DNA of 63,992 nt, filler included, from Octopus bimaculoides (GCF_001194135.2; 6 parts of 6 records of this genome joined end to end with filler, not necessarily neighbours in it), one strand, 5' to 3'. Numbered from the whole stretch's first letter, positions 50,563 through 62,863 are shown. The notes: generated by a model from the sequence alone, not told the origin. Translations and numbers: made by a program.

Positions 50563-50946
50563 TGTTGTTGTTGGCACTCCTTCGCTTACAACGACGAGGG
50601 TTCCAGTTCATCCGATCAACGGAACAGCCTGCTCGTGAAATTAACGTGCAAGTGGCTGAGCACTCCACAGACACGTGTACCCTTAACGTAGTTCTCGGGG
50701 AATATTCAGCGTGACACATTGTGACAAGGCTGACCCTTTGAATTACAGGCACAACAGAAACAGGAAGAAAGAGTGAGAGAAAGTTGTGGTGGAAGAGTAC
50801 AACAGGGTTCGCCACTATCCCCTGCCGGAGCCTCGTGGAGCTTTAAGTGTTTTCGCTCAATAAACACTCACAACGCCCGGTCTGGGAATCGAAACCGCGA
50901 TCCTACGATAACGAGTCCGCTGCCCTAACCACTGGGCTATTGCATC
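50563..50946 (-). mobile_element. tRNA-derived SINE with (AAC)n-type tail
   Basis: Sense CCCAGTGGTTAGGGCAG (A-box), GGTTTCGATTCCC (B-box); body ends GGAGTGCCAACAACAAC. Confidence 0.65.
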
Positions 50947-51876
50947 TNNNNNNNNNNNNNNNNNNNNNNNNNNNNNNNNNNNNNNNNNNNNNNNNNNNNN
51001 NNNNNNNNNNNNNNNNNNNNNNNNNNNNNNNNNNNNNNNNNNNNNNNNNNNNNNNNNNNNNNNNNNNNNNNNNNNNNNNNNNNNNNNNNNNNNNNNNNNN
51101 NNNNNNNNNNNNNNNNNNNNNNNNNNNNNNNNNNNNNNNNNNNNNNNNNNNNNNNNNNNNNNNNNNNNNNNNNNNNNNNNNNNNNNNNNNNNNNNNNNNN
51201 NNNNNNNNNNNNNNNNNNNNNNNNNNNNNNNNNNNNNNNNNNNNNNNNNNNNNNNNNNNNNNNNNNNNNNNNNNNNNNNNNNNNNNNNNNNNNNNNNNNN
51301 NNNNNNNNNNNNNNNNNNNNNNNNNNNNNNNNNNNNNNNNNNNNNNNNNNNNNNNNNNNNNNNNNNNNNNNNNNNNNNNNNNNNNNNNNNNNNNNNNNNN
51401 NNNNNNNNNNNNNNNNNNNNNNNNNNNNNNNNNNNNNNNNNNNNNNNNNNNNNNNNNNNNNNNNNNNNNNNNNNNNNNNNNNNNNNNNNNNNNNNNNNNN
51501 NNNNNNNNNNNNNNNNNNNNNNNNNNNNNNNNNNNNNNNNNNNNNNNNNNNNNNNNNNNNNNNNNNNNNNNNNNNNNNNNNNNNNNNNNNNNNNNNNNNN
51601 NNNNNNNNNNNNNNNNNNNNNNNNNNNNNNNNNNNNNNNNATAAGAGTTCACTCCCTTGATACTTGGCGTGAACTATAGTTATGGTTTTAATACTTCGTA
51701 CAATTGCATAAGATCTAATATTTTGGTAGCAGGGACTCGACGTTTACATCGACACCAGGACTCAACTGGTTCTTATTTTATCGACCCCGAAATGAGGAAA
51801 TATATAGTTGAAATTTACAGAAAGACAAAAGACGAAGACAGGTGTATTAGTTTGATGCTCGGGAAATTGAGGATGT

Positions 51877-51912
51877 CTTTTACGTTTCGAGCCTACGCTC
51901 TTTAACAGAAAT
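51877..51912 (-). ncRNA. Hammerhead-like motif in the downstream Penelope pseudo-LTR
   Basis: TTT CTGTTAA A GAGC-GTAG-GCTC GAAA C GTA AAAG: stem II, palindromic ACGT stem III and GUA triplet present; core deviates from CUGAUGA. Confidence 0.45.
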
Positions 51913-54900
51913 GAATAAGAAAATAAAAAAAAAAAACTCGTAGATTTAGCGATCAAGCATGGCGGCTGGTTGGGGAAAAAACGGTTTGACTAGAGAGGCA
52001 GAAAGGAGGGGAGATAATAAAGTATTGACGATCCCAAAACGAAGGTGCGCGCGCGTGTGTATGTAAGAAAGTGTGTGTACCTGTGTGGATAAGGGCTAGT
52101 GACTGACGTGTGAATGTGTGCGTCTGTAATGTATGAGTGTGTGGGTGTGCGGATGATAGTGTGTGGATGTGCAGATGATGGTGTTTGGTGTGGGTGCTGG
52201 GAAGTGGTCAGTGCTAGTGGGTGTGGAGTGGTGTGATTGGTGTAGTGGTGTGTGGTGTGGTATGGGGGTGAAGATGTGGGTGTGGTATGTAGGAGTGAGG
52301 GTGGGGATGAGAGAGTATCAATGAAGAGAAGGTAAATAGGAGTGAAGAAAGGAAGTAGGTGTTAGAGCAAGAGAGAAGTGGGTAGGAGTGAAGAGAAGAA
52401 GTGTCAGATGAAGAGAGGAGAGGAAGGGAGTCAAATGAAGAGAAGAGGGAAGTTGAGCCCATGTTGTGCAAAGGAGCGAAGAGAGAAGATTAATTCCTGT
52501 TGACAGCGAAGACGAGAGTCCGGATGGCTCCTGTGCAAAGACAATCCGAACACAGACAGGTGTTGTAGTGAATGACCGGTAGAGCGGAAATGGCGCGAGA
52601 CTGGGTTGTCATTGCCGATTCTGATGTCTTGGAGGTGTTCCGCGGATCAGTCAGCCAAGTGGCGTCCCGTTTGATCTATGTACGGAGAAGGGTAGAAAGA
52701 GCAGGGGATGCAGTAAATGACGTTACTAGAAGTATCGGTGATATGACAGGGACGATGATGGGTTCCTGTGAGGATGGTGGTGTTAAAGAGGTAGGGACAA
52801 ATGCGGCAGCGTGGGTGGGAGCAGGAGAACCAGCCAGTTTGGGAGGTAGGGTTAAGGAAGAAACTGTGGACCAGGAGGTTACGCAGGTTGTGGGCTCATT
52901 TGAAGGAGGGAAGGGGTAGGTTTGAGAAGATGTGTGAGGTGGAGGAGTGGTTGGACTGGAGTCGTCGGAAGGCTCGGAGAATGGTGCGTTGGATGAGCAG
53001 GGTGGAGGGGTGATCGGTGAGGGGAAACGGGAGAGGTGCGGGGAGAGAGCAGAGGCACGGTCCACAGAACGTGCACTGGCAAGAGCTGCGTGGATAGTAG
53101 TGAAGGGATATCCACAAAAGATGAAGTGGCGAGCCATGAGTTGAGACTGAGTCTCAAAGTCATGGTTGTCACTGCGGAGCCTGCACAGACTGGGGAATTG
53201 GGAGTAGGGGATGGAGAGCTTGGTGTGGGTAGGGTGGGTGAAGGAGAAGTTAAAGTATGAGTGTGAGTTCGTGTGTTTGTAGTGGATGGAGGTAGTGAGA
53301 GCGGAGTGGTGTATGTTGACCGAAATGCCGAGAAATGCGACGGAAGCGTTGGAAATAGTGCAGGAGAATTCGAGGTCGAGATGGAAGGATTGGACAAAAG
53401 AGAGGAAGGAGTCTAGTTGTTCGCGGGAGAGTGAGGTAGCACAGATGCAGTTGTCAATATAACGACCATATAGTTCGGGAGTGGGACCAGTGAATCGTGA
53501 GAATATTTGGGCCTCAACGTAGCTAACGAAGAGGTTCGCATAGTTGGGACCCATTTTCGTTCCCATGGCCACTCCCGAGTTCTGGTGATAAAAAAACACC
53601 CGCAAACGAGAAGTAGTTGAGGGATAGAACAAGTTCGGCCAGACGAAGTGTGGAAGTGTCAGGTTNNNNNNNNNNNNNNNNNNNNNNNNNNNNNNNNNNN
53701 NNNNNNNNNNNNNNNNNNNNNNNNNNNNNNNNNNNNNNNNNNNNNNNNNNNNNNNNNNNNNNNNNNNNNNNNNNNNNNNNNNNNNNNNNNNNNNNNNNNN
53801 NNNNNNNNNNNNNNNNNNNNNNNNNNNNNNNNNNNNNNNNNNNNNNNNNNNNNNNNNNNNNNNNNNNNNNNNNNNNNNNNNNNNNNNNNNNNNNNNNNNN
53901 NNNNNNNNNNNNNNNNNNNNNNNNNNNNNNNNNNNNNNNNNNNNNNNNNNNNNNNNNNNNNNNNNNNNNNNNNNNNNNNNNNNNNNNNNNNNNNNNNNNN
54001 NNNNNNNNNNNNNNNNNNNNNNNNNNNNNNNNNNNNNNNNNNNNNNNNNNNNNNNNNNNNNNNNNNNNNNNNNNNNNNNNNNNNNNNNNNNNNNNNNNNN
54101 NNNNNNNNNNNNNNNNNNNNNNNNNNNNNNNNNNNNNNNNNNNNNNNNNNNNGAGTGCGGACAATGAGAATGGAGGCGGTGGGAGGGATGGGGAGAAGGA
54201 GATGAGGTCATGAATAGTGGAGCACAGTCTGTTGGTAGTTGAGCGTGGGGTTGGAGGGTAGAGGGTAATAGAAGGAGGTGTCTTGAAGTTGGCGGAGAGC
54301 TTCAGCCTTGTAGAGGTCTGTGTACCACACCACCACAGCTCCACCCTTGTCAGCTGGTTTTATGATGATGTCTTTGCGGCGTCGAAGACATCGAAGGGCC
54401 GAGAGTTCGGCGGAGAAGGTGTTAAAATGTCGGGAACGCCTACGAAAGTTGAACCGGCCCACAACACGTTGGCAGATGCTTGCAAAATGATCGACTGCTG
54501 GAAAAGGAGAAAAACAGAAAAAAAGGAAAATAGAAGAAAAGGAGAGAGAGAAAAGCAAAGTAATGTCGTACAGAGTATAAAAGTTCAAAAAATTCGAAAG
54601 TCGTGAAGAGAAGAAAAAAAGAAGAAGAGGAGAGAAAAGGAGAAGAAAAGAAGAAGAAAAGGACAGAGAGATGCAAAGTAACAACGTACGGAGTAAGAAA
54701 AAAAAAGAAAGTTCAAAGAAGTACAAACGTCGTCGAATATTGGAGCGAGTTTTCATTAACGGAAGAGTCCATTGAAATCCGTAAGCATACCCAGTGGTAA
54801 GCCGGGGTACATAGATGAGAAGAGGTGTAGAAGGTTCAGGCAGTAGTTGAGATGTGTAAGTCCAAAGTGTAGGAGGTTAAAGCAGGATAAAACTGGGGTG

Positions 54901-55008
54901 ACCACGTGAGCATATAATATATAGTTGAAATTTACAGAAAAACCAAAAAGAGAGGTGTATGAACAACAAGCAGATGTATTAGTTTGACGCTCGCGAAAGT
55001 GAGAAAGT

Positions 55009-55044
55009 CTTTTATGTTTCGTGCCTACGCTCTTCAATAGAAAG
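55009..55044 (-). ncRNA. Hammerhead-like motif in the upstream Penelope pseudo-LTR (degenerate)
   Basis: CTTT CTATTGA A GAGC-GTAG-GCAC GAAA C ATA AAAG. Confidence 0.4.
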
Positions 55045-55181
55045 GAATAAGAGATAATAAACAGAGACAGAATAAATNNNNNNNNNNNNNNNNNNNNNNN
55101 NNNNNNNNNNNNNNNNNNNNNNNNNNNNNNNNNNNNNNTATATATATATATATATAACAGTCTGTTAAAGTCTGTCATACC

Positions 55182-55221
55182 GGCCATGACGAAGGGAAAT
55201 AGCCCTGAAACTCGAGTCGCC
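55182..55221 (+). ncRNA. Minimal type I hammerhead-like motif (copy 2 of the 43883-44080 family)
   Basis: GGC C-A-TGACGA AGGG-AAATAG-CCCT GAAA CTCGAG TC GCC: 4-bp stem II, ACTCGAGT palindrome, GUC triplet; one extra nucleotide at the start of the core. Confidence 0.6.
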
Positions 55222-55514
55222 TTTATATTTATATATTTATATATTTGATCCTTTATATTGAACACTCAATATTTCATCTACATTCAATACTTTCTTTCAT
55301 GGTGCCATCCATTTTTATTTTATTTTATTTCATATTATATATTGTATATTATATTATATATTGTATATTCCATATTCTATACCCCACATTGGTTCTGCAG
55401 GAATATAAATAAAACATAAAAAACAGACAGTGTTGGAACTCTTTTAAACTAAATAATATATTCCTCTATACACAATCATACAAAAAACCCACCTTTTTTG
55501 TATTTATTTTTACT

Positions 55515-55546
<32 letters not shown>

Positions 55547-55549
<3 letters not shown>

Positions 55550-56815
55550 GTCGTCGTCGACTTACGAACACAATTGGTTCCGACTGATTGGTCGTAAGTT
55601 GGCCTATAGGCCTACATAGCTTTGTTTTATATTTTTACATTCTTAAGGTACTTGTCGGGTAAAAGTCACACACAGCATTCTATAACATACTACAACAGTG
55701 TTATTTGTTCATAGAAATATACCAAAGAATGAAAATACAAGAAACACAGAATATAAGAAACAGTTGCAAAACTTATATAAAAATTTATTGTAGGCTGATG
55801 CTTGGCTGTGGGTCTACAATGTCGTTTGCTGAGTTGGATTTTTGATAAACATGGTAAGATTTGTCTGAATTGTTTGTTTCTTTTTCTCTTTATAAATTTC
55901 ACGATATGGACGAAGCACATCGTGTGCCATCCGTTCAATCCTTGCAAATCGTTCGATATTTGGGTTCATAGCTTCAAAGTTGCAAGAAGTTTGTTCAGTT
56001 GAAATAAACCTTCTGATAATCCTTTTGTAGTGAAACTCCTTTCTGGCACCTGATCGTCTTTCTTCACTTCCTTCCTTTCTTTCCCCACGCTTTCTTTTTC
56101 CAATTCAATAATCCCTTCATCTGTTAGTTCTTCGATGTTTTCAACTTCAAACATCAAAGAAAGGTCTTTAGCCAGTTTTACTATTTTCCTGCGAATCATT
56201 TCAAGTTCATGTTTAATGTTAAATCCACCAAGAGTGTCAACAAAGTGCTTTCCAATACAATTTTTCCAGACGCCTTTCATGCATTTCTTTGTCACAACCT
56301 GCCAAGGGGTAGCGATATTCTTGATACACGTCATAATATTGTATTTTGTCTAAAATTCTCGCTGTGATAGTTCTTGGTCGGCGGTTATAGCTTGAGAGAA
56401 GGTAATTCGAAGATAGTTAACCTTCAGTGTAGCAATCGATCCTTGGTCTATTGGCTGGATGAGTGGAGTCGTGTTCGACGGAAAAAAAAACACCACTCTC
56501 ACGTCGGGAGGAAGATCCGATAGTTGAGATGGATGTCCAGGCGCATTATCCAGAAGAAATAAAATCTTGAAACGAATTCCTCTCTCCAAACAATATCCAC
56601 GAACTTGAGGAATAAAACAATTCAGAAACCAGTCTTCAAACAGTCCTCGTGTCATCCATGCTTTAGGCTGAGAACGAAAGTAGACGGGTAATGTGTGCTT
56701 ATCTACATTCTTAAACGCACGCGGGTTTTCTGAGTGGTAAATTAAGAAAAGTTTCAACTTAAACCCTGCGATATTCCCGTCAAGCAGCAAAATCAGCCTG
56801 TCCTTAAATGCTAGT
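55547..56815 (-). mobile_element. Tigger/pogo-family DNA transposon 3' portion (decayed DDE_1 transposase + TIR)
   Basis: YHSENPRAFKN..LPVYFRSQPKAWMT..KILFLLDNAPGHP..NTTPLIQPIDQG; TIR CAGGTCGTCGTCGACTTACGA at 55547, next to TA. Confidence 0.88.
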
Positions 56816-57446
56816 TAAAATATCTCTACGTGAGATATATTAACTATTTATATATCTTTGAGAAATAACTATTTGGATTGTCAATCATTGTTCAAAATAG
56901 TTTCAGAGGTGGCAGGAAAAGGTGTCCACCACAGTGATAGCAGCAGCAGCAGCAGACAATGTAATCATTAAAGAAAGTCTTAAGGACTTCTTTACAAATC
57001 AATTGTAATATTTAGACACAACTGCGGAATGGGAAATACAAAAAAGAATAAGTTTGAAGACATTGATTTGTAAAAACAAACAAAAATAGTTGAAACAGCG
57101 GGAGTAACGAAAACTGTGGAAGAAATCGTTGTAAACACAGTGTTAGCGGCACTAAGGGCCAATAACATGGTTTACGTTATTAAGGGCTCCTGTCACGATT
57201 ACTATGACACGAACCCCTTCTTATTATTTCCTAAACACCGCCAGAATGAACTCATTTCCTTTCATCTGCACCTTCTTATGTGTTGTTGCTGATCTCTTGT
57301 CGCTCTTCATAATCATCCTTTCGTCACAAGACGTTGGTGCGGTACTACACCTCTTGGCGTCTTGGCCATCGACTCCCAGCGATGAGGGTGGAGCCGTGAC
57401 TGGTGGAACTTCTGGAGTCAGCTGTTGCTTATGTTGTTATTGATGA

Positions 57447-57480
<34 letters not shown>

Positions 57481-57771
57481 ACCACAGATATTGCCCGTCA
57501 CTGTTCCACCTACTGCAACTACAACAGCTCTAACTGTTACTCCCACGTGTGTGTTGTTGATTCTAGTGGTGGTGGCGGTGGTGTTGATGGTAGTAGTATT
57601 GTTGGTGGTAGAGTTGAAAGTGTTTGTGGTGGAGGTGTTAGTTGTGGTAACGGTGTGGTGGTGGTGGCGATGTTGGCGTTGGTGGTGATGTTGGTGGTGG
57701 TGGTGATGTTGGCGGCGGTGGCAGTCGTGGTGTTGGTAATGATGATGAAGGTGGTGATGGTGGTGGTGGTG

Positions 57772-57871
57772 NNNNNNNNNNNNNNNNNNNNNNNNNNNNN
57801 NNNNNNNNNNNNNNNTTAATTAATTAANNNNNNNNNNNNNNNNNNNNNNNNNNNNNNNNNNNNNNNNNNNN
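57772..57871. other. Artificial scaffold linker
   Basis: 44 N + TTAATTAATTAA + 44 N. Confidence 0.95.
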
Positions 57872-58020
57872 ACTTTTTATTTCGTACCTTTTTTGTACCT
57901 AGATTCACCAAATGCCATTTTTTGCAGATTTCTGTCGACTTGTTGTCGTGGGATTTTACAGTTATGACGGTCGGGGATTCCAATATCACAGGACCCCCTA
58001 AGGTATGTAATGGATGCCTA

Positions 58021-58060
<40 letters not shown>

Positions 58061-59157
58061 GGCCACAAACTGACAGAACCGTTAGTGCACCAGGTAAAGT
58101 GCTTAGCTGTATTTCGTCTGTCCTTACGTTCTGAGTTCAAATTCTGCTGAGGTCAACTTTGTCTTTCATCCTTTCAGGGTCGATAAATTAAGTACCAGTG
58201 AAACACTGGGATCTATGTTATTGACTAGTCTCCTCCCGCAAAATATCAGGCCTTGTGCCTTTAGTAGAAAGAATTATTATTACCTCCACCTTAGCGAAGG
58301 CGGAGGTATTGTTTTCAGTTGTGTTTGTTTGTTTGTCCGTGGATAAGATATCTCAAGAACCACTGGATAAATTCGGATGAAACTTTCAGGGATATTTGGC
58401 CTCATGACTGGCATGAACGGATTAGATTTTGGGAGCGATCTGGTACTGGACAAGGATTCTAGATTATTTGTTATATTTACTTTATTTTACAAGAAGTATT
58501 ACAATCTTACGTTCACTTTCAAGTCTTTCTCTAATTATCTCCCTTAACAGCACACTTATTCATTTTCGTTTCACTTCTTCTCCTCCCCCTCCTCCTTCTT
58601 CTGCTCCTGTTATACCATAAGACAAATGATGATATTTTATTGCAACATTTCCAAACCAAAGATGTAGAATGAACCAGCTGTCTGTACCACAGTAAGCGTG
58701 CTAAGGCAAAAAGAGTAAATCCACGGCAACAAGTTGATGTACACACTAGCATAGCTTGGGGGAAGGTACTTGTAAAGGGGCAGCACTTTTGGGTCTGCTG
58801 ACAAGATGGAAATTTCAACTAATTTTTCTTAGTTATTATGGATTGACTTCGTGCTTTTTTATTACTGTATTCTATGCCCCGAGTGGCACACACTCTAGCT
58901 ACGCTACTGGATGTACATATAACATCACCTGGTTGAGTCAATAAAGTGTCTCCTCTGTTTATTAATTAAGCTTACATCGATTCATCCAATGTTGGAGTGA
59001 AAACTGTCACATGACAGAATCGTGTCCACTGATTGGGTGACACTTAATAAACAATGTTTTGTCAAGACAACTAGAGTTGTCTCACCACCTCCTTCTCCTT
59101 CTTTTTCTTCTCACTCCACTTCTTCTTCTTCTTCTTCTTCTCCTCCTTCTCTTTCAG

Positions 59158-59308
59158 GATGGTGTTTATGTGAAGGGCTTATATTTGCAAGGAGCAGGAT
59201 GGGACCAGAGAAATGCCTGTCTAGTTGAAGCTTTGCCCATTCAGTTAGTGTGTCCCATGCCATCAATTCACTTTAAACCTGTAGAAAATAAGAAAAAGAG
59301 CTTAAAAG
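59158..59308 (+). CDS. DNAH2: Axonemal dynein heavy chain C-terminal exon, most similar to DNAH2
   Basis: Long pyrimidine tract, CAG|DGVYVKGLYLQGAGWDQRNACLVEALPIQLVCPMPSIHFKPVENKKKSLK(G)|GTGAAT; closely matches the recalled vertebrate DNAH2 tail DGVWVRGLYLEGAGWDRKNSCLVEAEPMQLVCLMPTIHF. Confidence 0.82.
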
Positions 59309-59632
59309 GTGAATATCTTTATTTTTATTCTTTAAATTCCTTAATGTATATACCTCATTAGTACTCATGCCTCATTAGTATTCATGTCTCATTAGTATTC
59401 AAACTTCATTAATATTCATTCCTCATTGTTTAGCAACAAACATACCAAAGAAACTACAACTTTGAAACACATTTACTCTGTTTACAACAGTATCGGTAAA
59501 TAAATTCAATAAGTAAATTAACAACCGAATCCTAAATATGTAACTAAACAGTGACCAATCCTTGAAGTCATACAAAAATTATATTCCCTACTGTCTTCCA
59601 TAGTATGTGTGTGTGTGTGTGTGTATAAATAG

Positions 59633-59670
<38 letters not shown>

Positions 59671-59681
59671 ATATATATATA

Positions 59682-59719
<38 letters not shown>

Positions 59720-59819
59720 NNNNNNNNNNNNNNNNNNNNNNNNNNNNNNNNNNNNNNNNNNNNTTAATTAATTAANNNNNNNNNNNNNNNNNNNNNNNNN
59801 NNNNNNNNNNNNNNNNNNN
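59720..59819. other. Artificial scaffold linker
   Basis: 44 N + TTAATTAATTAA + 44 N. Confidence 0.95.
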
Positions 59820-60241
59820 ACGATTAGATCGACCCCAGTACGCAACTGGTACTTAATTTATCGACCTCAAAAAGATGAAAGCAAAGTCGACCTCGGCAGA
59901 ATTTGAACTCAGAACGTAACGACAGACGAAATACCGCTAAGCATTTCGCCCGGCGTGCTAACGTTTCTGCCAGCTCCCCGCCTAATGTAGTTATTTATTA
60001 ACAGTGCAATGCATTCTTATTTTGTTTACTAAATGATATTTTGTGTAATATGTACCAGTTATGTCATTGATACATATATAGATATACAGGACGCCCGAGA
60101 GCATTAAACCACTGTTTTACTTTGCTTGGACTACTATAATGACCAGCTAAAGGGCCTAGAATATTTACTTGTTCTTTTGGAGTAACCTGTCAGCTTAAGA
60201 TACACAGATGTGCTTCTAAGTTAACTTGGCATGATCCGTTT

Positions 60242-60282
<41 letters not shown>

Positions 60283-61069
60283 TAACATCACACATACATC
60301 TCGCGAGGTTTTGCTCTGATTCTCTTCGATTTGTTTTCAAATTCCGCAGACATCAATTTTTGCTGTCATCCTTTCGAGATCAACGAACAAAGGCAGTGGA
60401 TTGGTGGAACTGCAAAGACTTCGGACCGGATTCTTCTTAGTATTTGTTCCCGTTCTTTGCGTTCTGAGTTCAAATCCCGACCTGACGTATTTGGGTGATA
60501 GACTTAATATGTCGCTCAGTTTAATATCACCACCTGGATCATTGATGCCTTTAGAGAAATCCACTTTGGTGCAAACATTCGGGCAAGGTCTCTAGTTTGA
60601 GGATACTTATCTCCCACCTTTTCCCCAATCTCTAAGGTCCTGAGAAGGGCCATAGGCACTGCCTGTGTTCTTAACTAAAAGATATTGAAAAGAAATATCC
60701 ACTGAGTTAATCTGCTAGAAATAGCAGTCAAAATATCACTCAGATCACACTTTTTCGAGAAGCAGACCGCTTGAGACATGACGTCTTCATCAGGCGGACC
60801 ATACTACTAAGAAAAGAACAAAACATTGAAATTCATTTTTCGTTGGTCTGCCATTTAAGAAGTCCAGCAAGCGGCACTCTGCCCATGACTGCTCAACAAA
60901 TTACACATTTAAAAACAGGAAGGTAGTACGGGGATATTGTAGGTCTAGATGCAAATATGTCTGCTAAAATATGGAATAGTCATGGTTGGAATGTCTTCGT
61001 CCATTGCTGATCAGAGGCGAAAACAACAACAACAACAACAACAACAACAAGCGCTCCAAAAATTCTCAC

Positions 61070-61233
61070 CTTTGTTACAGACCCAAAATGTTGGGTGGAT
61101 TGCACTCCGGAAGCATCTCCATTTCCATCCGATGTCTGACCACAATTCCTGTCTTTCGTAACCTTTGTCAGTGACAAATTTCAGGAATTCTTCATTGGTT
61201 ACCAAATATTTTGTAGCTTCGAAATCTGGGACG
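61070..61233 (-). CDS. ovoA: Exon of a formylglycine-generating-enzyme (FGE/sulfatase-modifying) domain protein, most likely ovothiol synthase OvoA
   Basis: TTTTGTTTTGCTGCAG|(x)VPDFEATKYLVTNEEFLKFVTDKGYERQELWSDIGWKWRCFRSAIHPTFWVCNK(G)|GTGAGA; the KYLVTNxEF..GY..W..GWxW..HPxFW pattern is typical of the EgtB/OvoA FGE domain. Confidence 0.72.
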
Positions 61234-61376
61234 CTGCAGCAAAACAAAATATTGGTAATTTAGCGAAATCTTGTTTTGGTCTATTCTACAGCAAAAACTA
61301 TTTATATGCTGGTACACACTACAGTAAGACGTTACATCAAACGTTATCAGGTGACTTAAATTTGTACAAAGTTGTG

Positions 61377-61418
<42 letters not shown>

Positions 61419-61995
61419 CATGCATACATATGTATATTATTTCTTTACTACCCACAAGGGGCTACACACAGAGGGGACAAACAAGGACAGACAAACGGAT
61501 TAAGTCGATTACATCGACCCCAGTGCGTAACTGGTACTTATTTAATCGACCCCGAAAGGATGAAAGGCAAAGTCAACCTCGGCGGAATTTGAACTCAGAA
61601 CGTAGCGGCAGACGAAATACCTATTTCTTTACTGCCCACAAGGGGCTACACACAGAGGGGACAAACAAGGACAGACAAACGGATTNNNNNNNNNNNNNNN
61701 NNNNNNNNNNNNNNNNNNNNNNNNNNNNNNNNNNNNNNNNNNNNNNNNNNNNNNNNNNNNNNNNNNNNNNNNNNNNNNNNNNNNNNNNNNNNNNNNNNNN
61801 NNNNNNNNNNNNNNNNNNNNNNNNNNNNNNNNNNNNNNNNNNNNNNNNNNNNNNNNNNNNNNNNNNNNNNNNNNNNNNNNNNNNNNNNNNNNNNNNNNNN
61901 NNNNNNNNNNNNNNNNNNNNNNNNNNNNNNNNNNNNNNNNNNNNNNNNNNNNNNNNNNNNNNNNNNNNNNNNNNNNNNNNNNNNNNNNNNNNNNG

Positions 61996-62037
<42 letters not shown>

Positions 62038-62763
62038 CATGCATACATATGTATATTATTTCTTTACTACCCACAAGGGGCTACACACAGAGGGGACAAA
62101 CAAGGACAGACAAACGGATTAAGTCGATTACATCGACCCCAGTGCGTAACTGGTACTTATTTAATCGACCCCGAAAGGATGAAAGGCAAAGTCGACCTCG
62201 GCGGAATTTGAACTCAGAACGTAGCGGCAGACGAAAATACCGCTAAGCATTTCGCCCGGCGTGCTAACGTTTCTGCCAGCTCGCCGCCTTAATATGCATA
62301 TATATGTATATGTGTGTGTTTAGATGGGTGTGTGCGTATGTATGTGTGCGTGTGTGTGTGTGTGAGTGTGTGTGTTGCCTTTTGTGGTAAGAAGTTTGCT
62401 TCCCAACAACATGGTTTCAGGTTCAGTCCCACTTTGTGACACTTTGAACAAGTGTCTTCTACTATAGCTTCAAGCCTTGTGAGTGGATTTGGTAGACGGA
62501 AACTGAATGAAGCCCGTCGTATATATGTGTGTATGCGTGTGCGTGTATGTAAGTATGTATGTGAGCGTGTGTGTTTGTGTGGGCGGGTGTGAGCATGCGT
62601 GTGTCTTTCCGTCTGTGTTCACGACCGGCGTTGATGTATATACATCCCTGTAACATAACAGTTCGGTAAAAAGAACCGATAGAATAGTACTAAGCTTTTA
62701 AAATAAGTACTGGGGTCGATTCATTCGACTAAAATTCTTTACGGCAGTGCCCCGGCATGGCCA

Positions 62764-62863
62764 NNNNNNNNNNNNNNNNNNNNNNNNNNNNNNNNNNNNN
62801 NNNNNNNTTAATTAATTAANNNNNNNNNNNNNNNNNNNNNNNNNNNNNNNNNNNNNNNNNNNN
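62764..62863. other. Artificial scaffold linker
   Basis: 44 N + TTAATTAATTAA + 44 N. Confidence 0.95.

Larger units (their letters stand above)
51800..55077 (-). mobile_element. Decayed Penelope-like element (RT + GIY-YIG) flanked by direct pseudo-LTRs
   Basis: IIIKPADKGGAVVVW, GVAMGTKMGPNYANLF, GRYIDN (catalytic YxDD mutated), HYKHTNSHSY, NVIYCIPC..(Y)IDQTGRHLAD. Direct repeats at 51802-51919 and 54919-55051; stops, frameshifts and an N gap. Confidence 0.9.

Noticed and set aside
57190-57420. TGTCACGA start suggesting a solo LTR
   Set aside because: No matching CA end with TSD, no second copy, no PBS or PPT.
60761-60800. Minus-strand CTGATGA-AGAC-GTCAT-GTCT-CAAG
   Set aside because: GAAA is replaced by CAAG and stem I does not pair; at most a heavily decayed relic, so it was not counted.
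59158-61233. Apparent convergent or interleaved DNAH2 and OvoA genes
   Set aside because: The two exons are separated by an artificial linker (59720-59819) and lie on different scaffolds.
61377-62290. Triplicated (TATC)n + SINE B unit
   Set aside because: Near-identical copies surround a gap (61686-61994); this cannot be distinguished from an assembly artefact.
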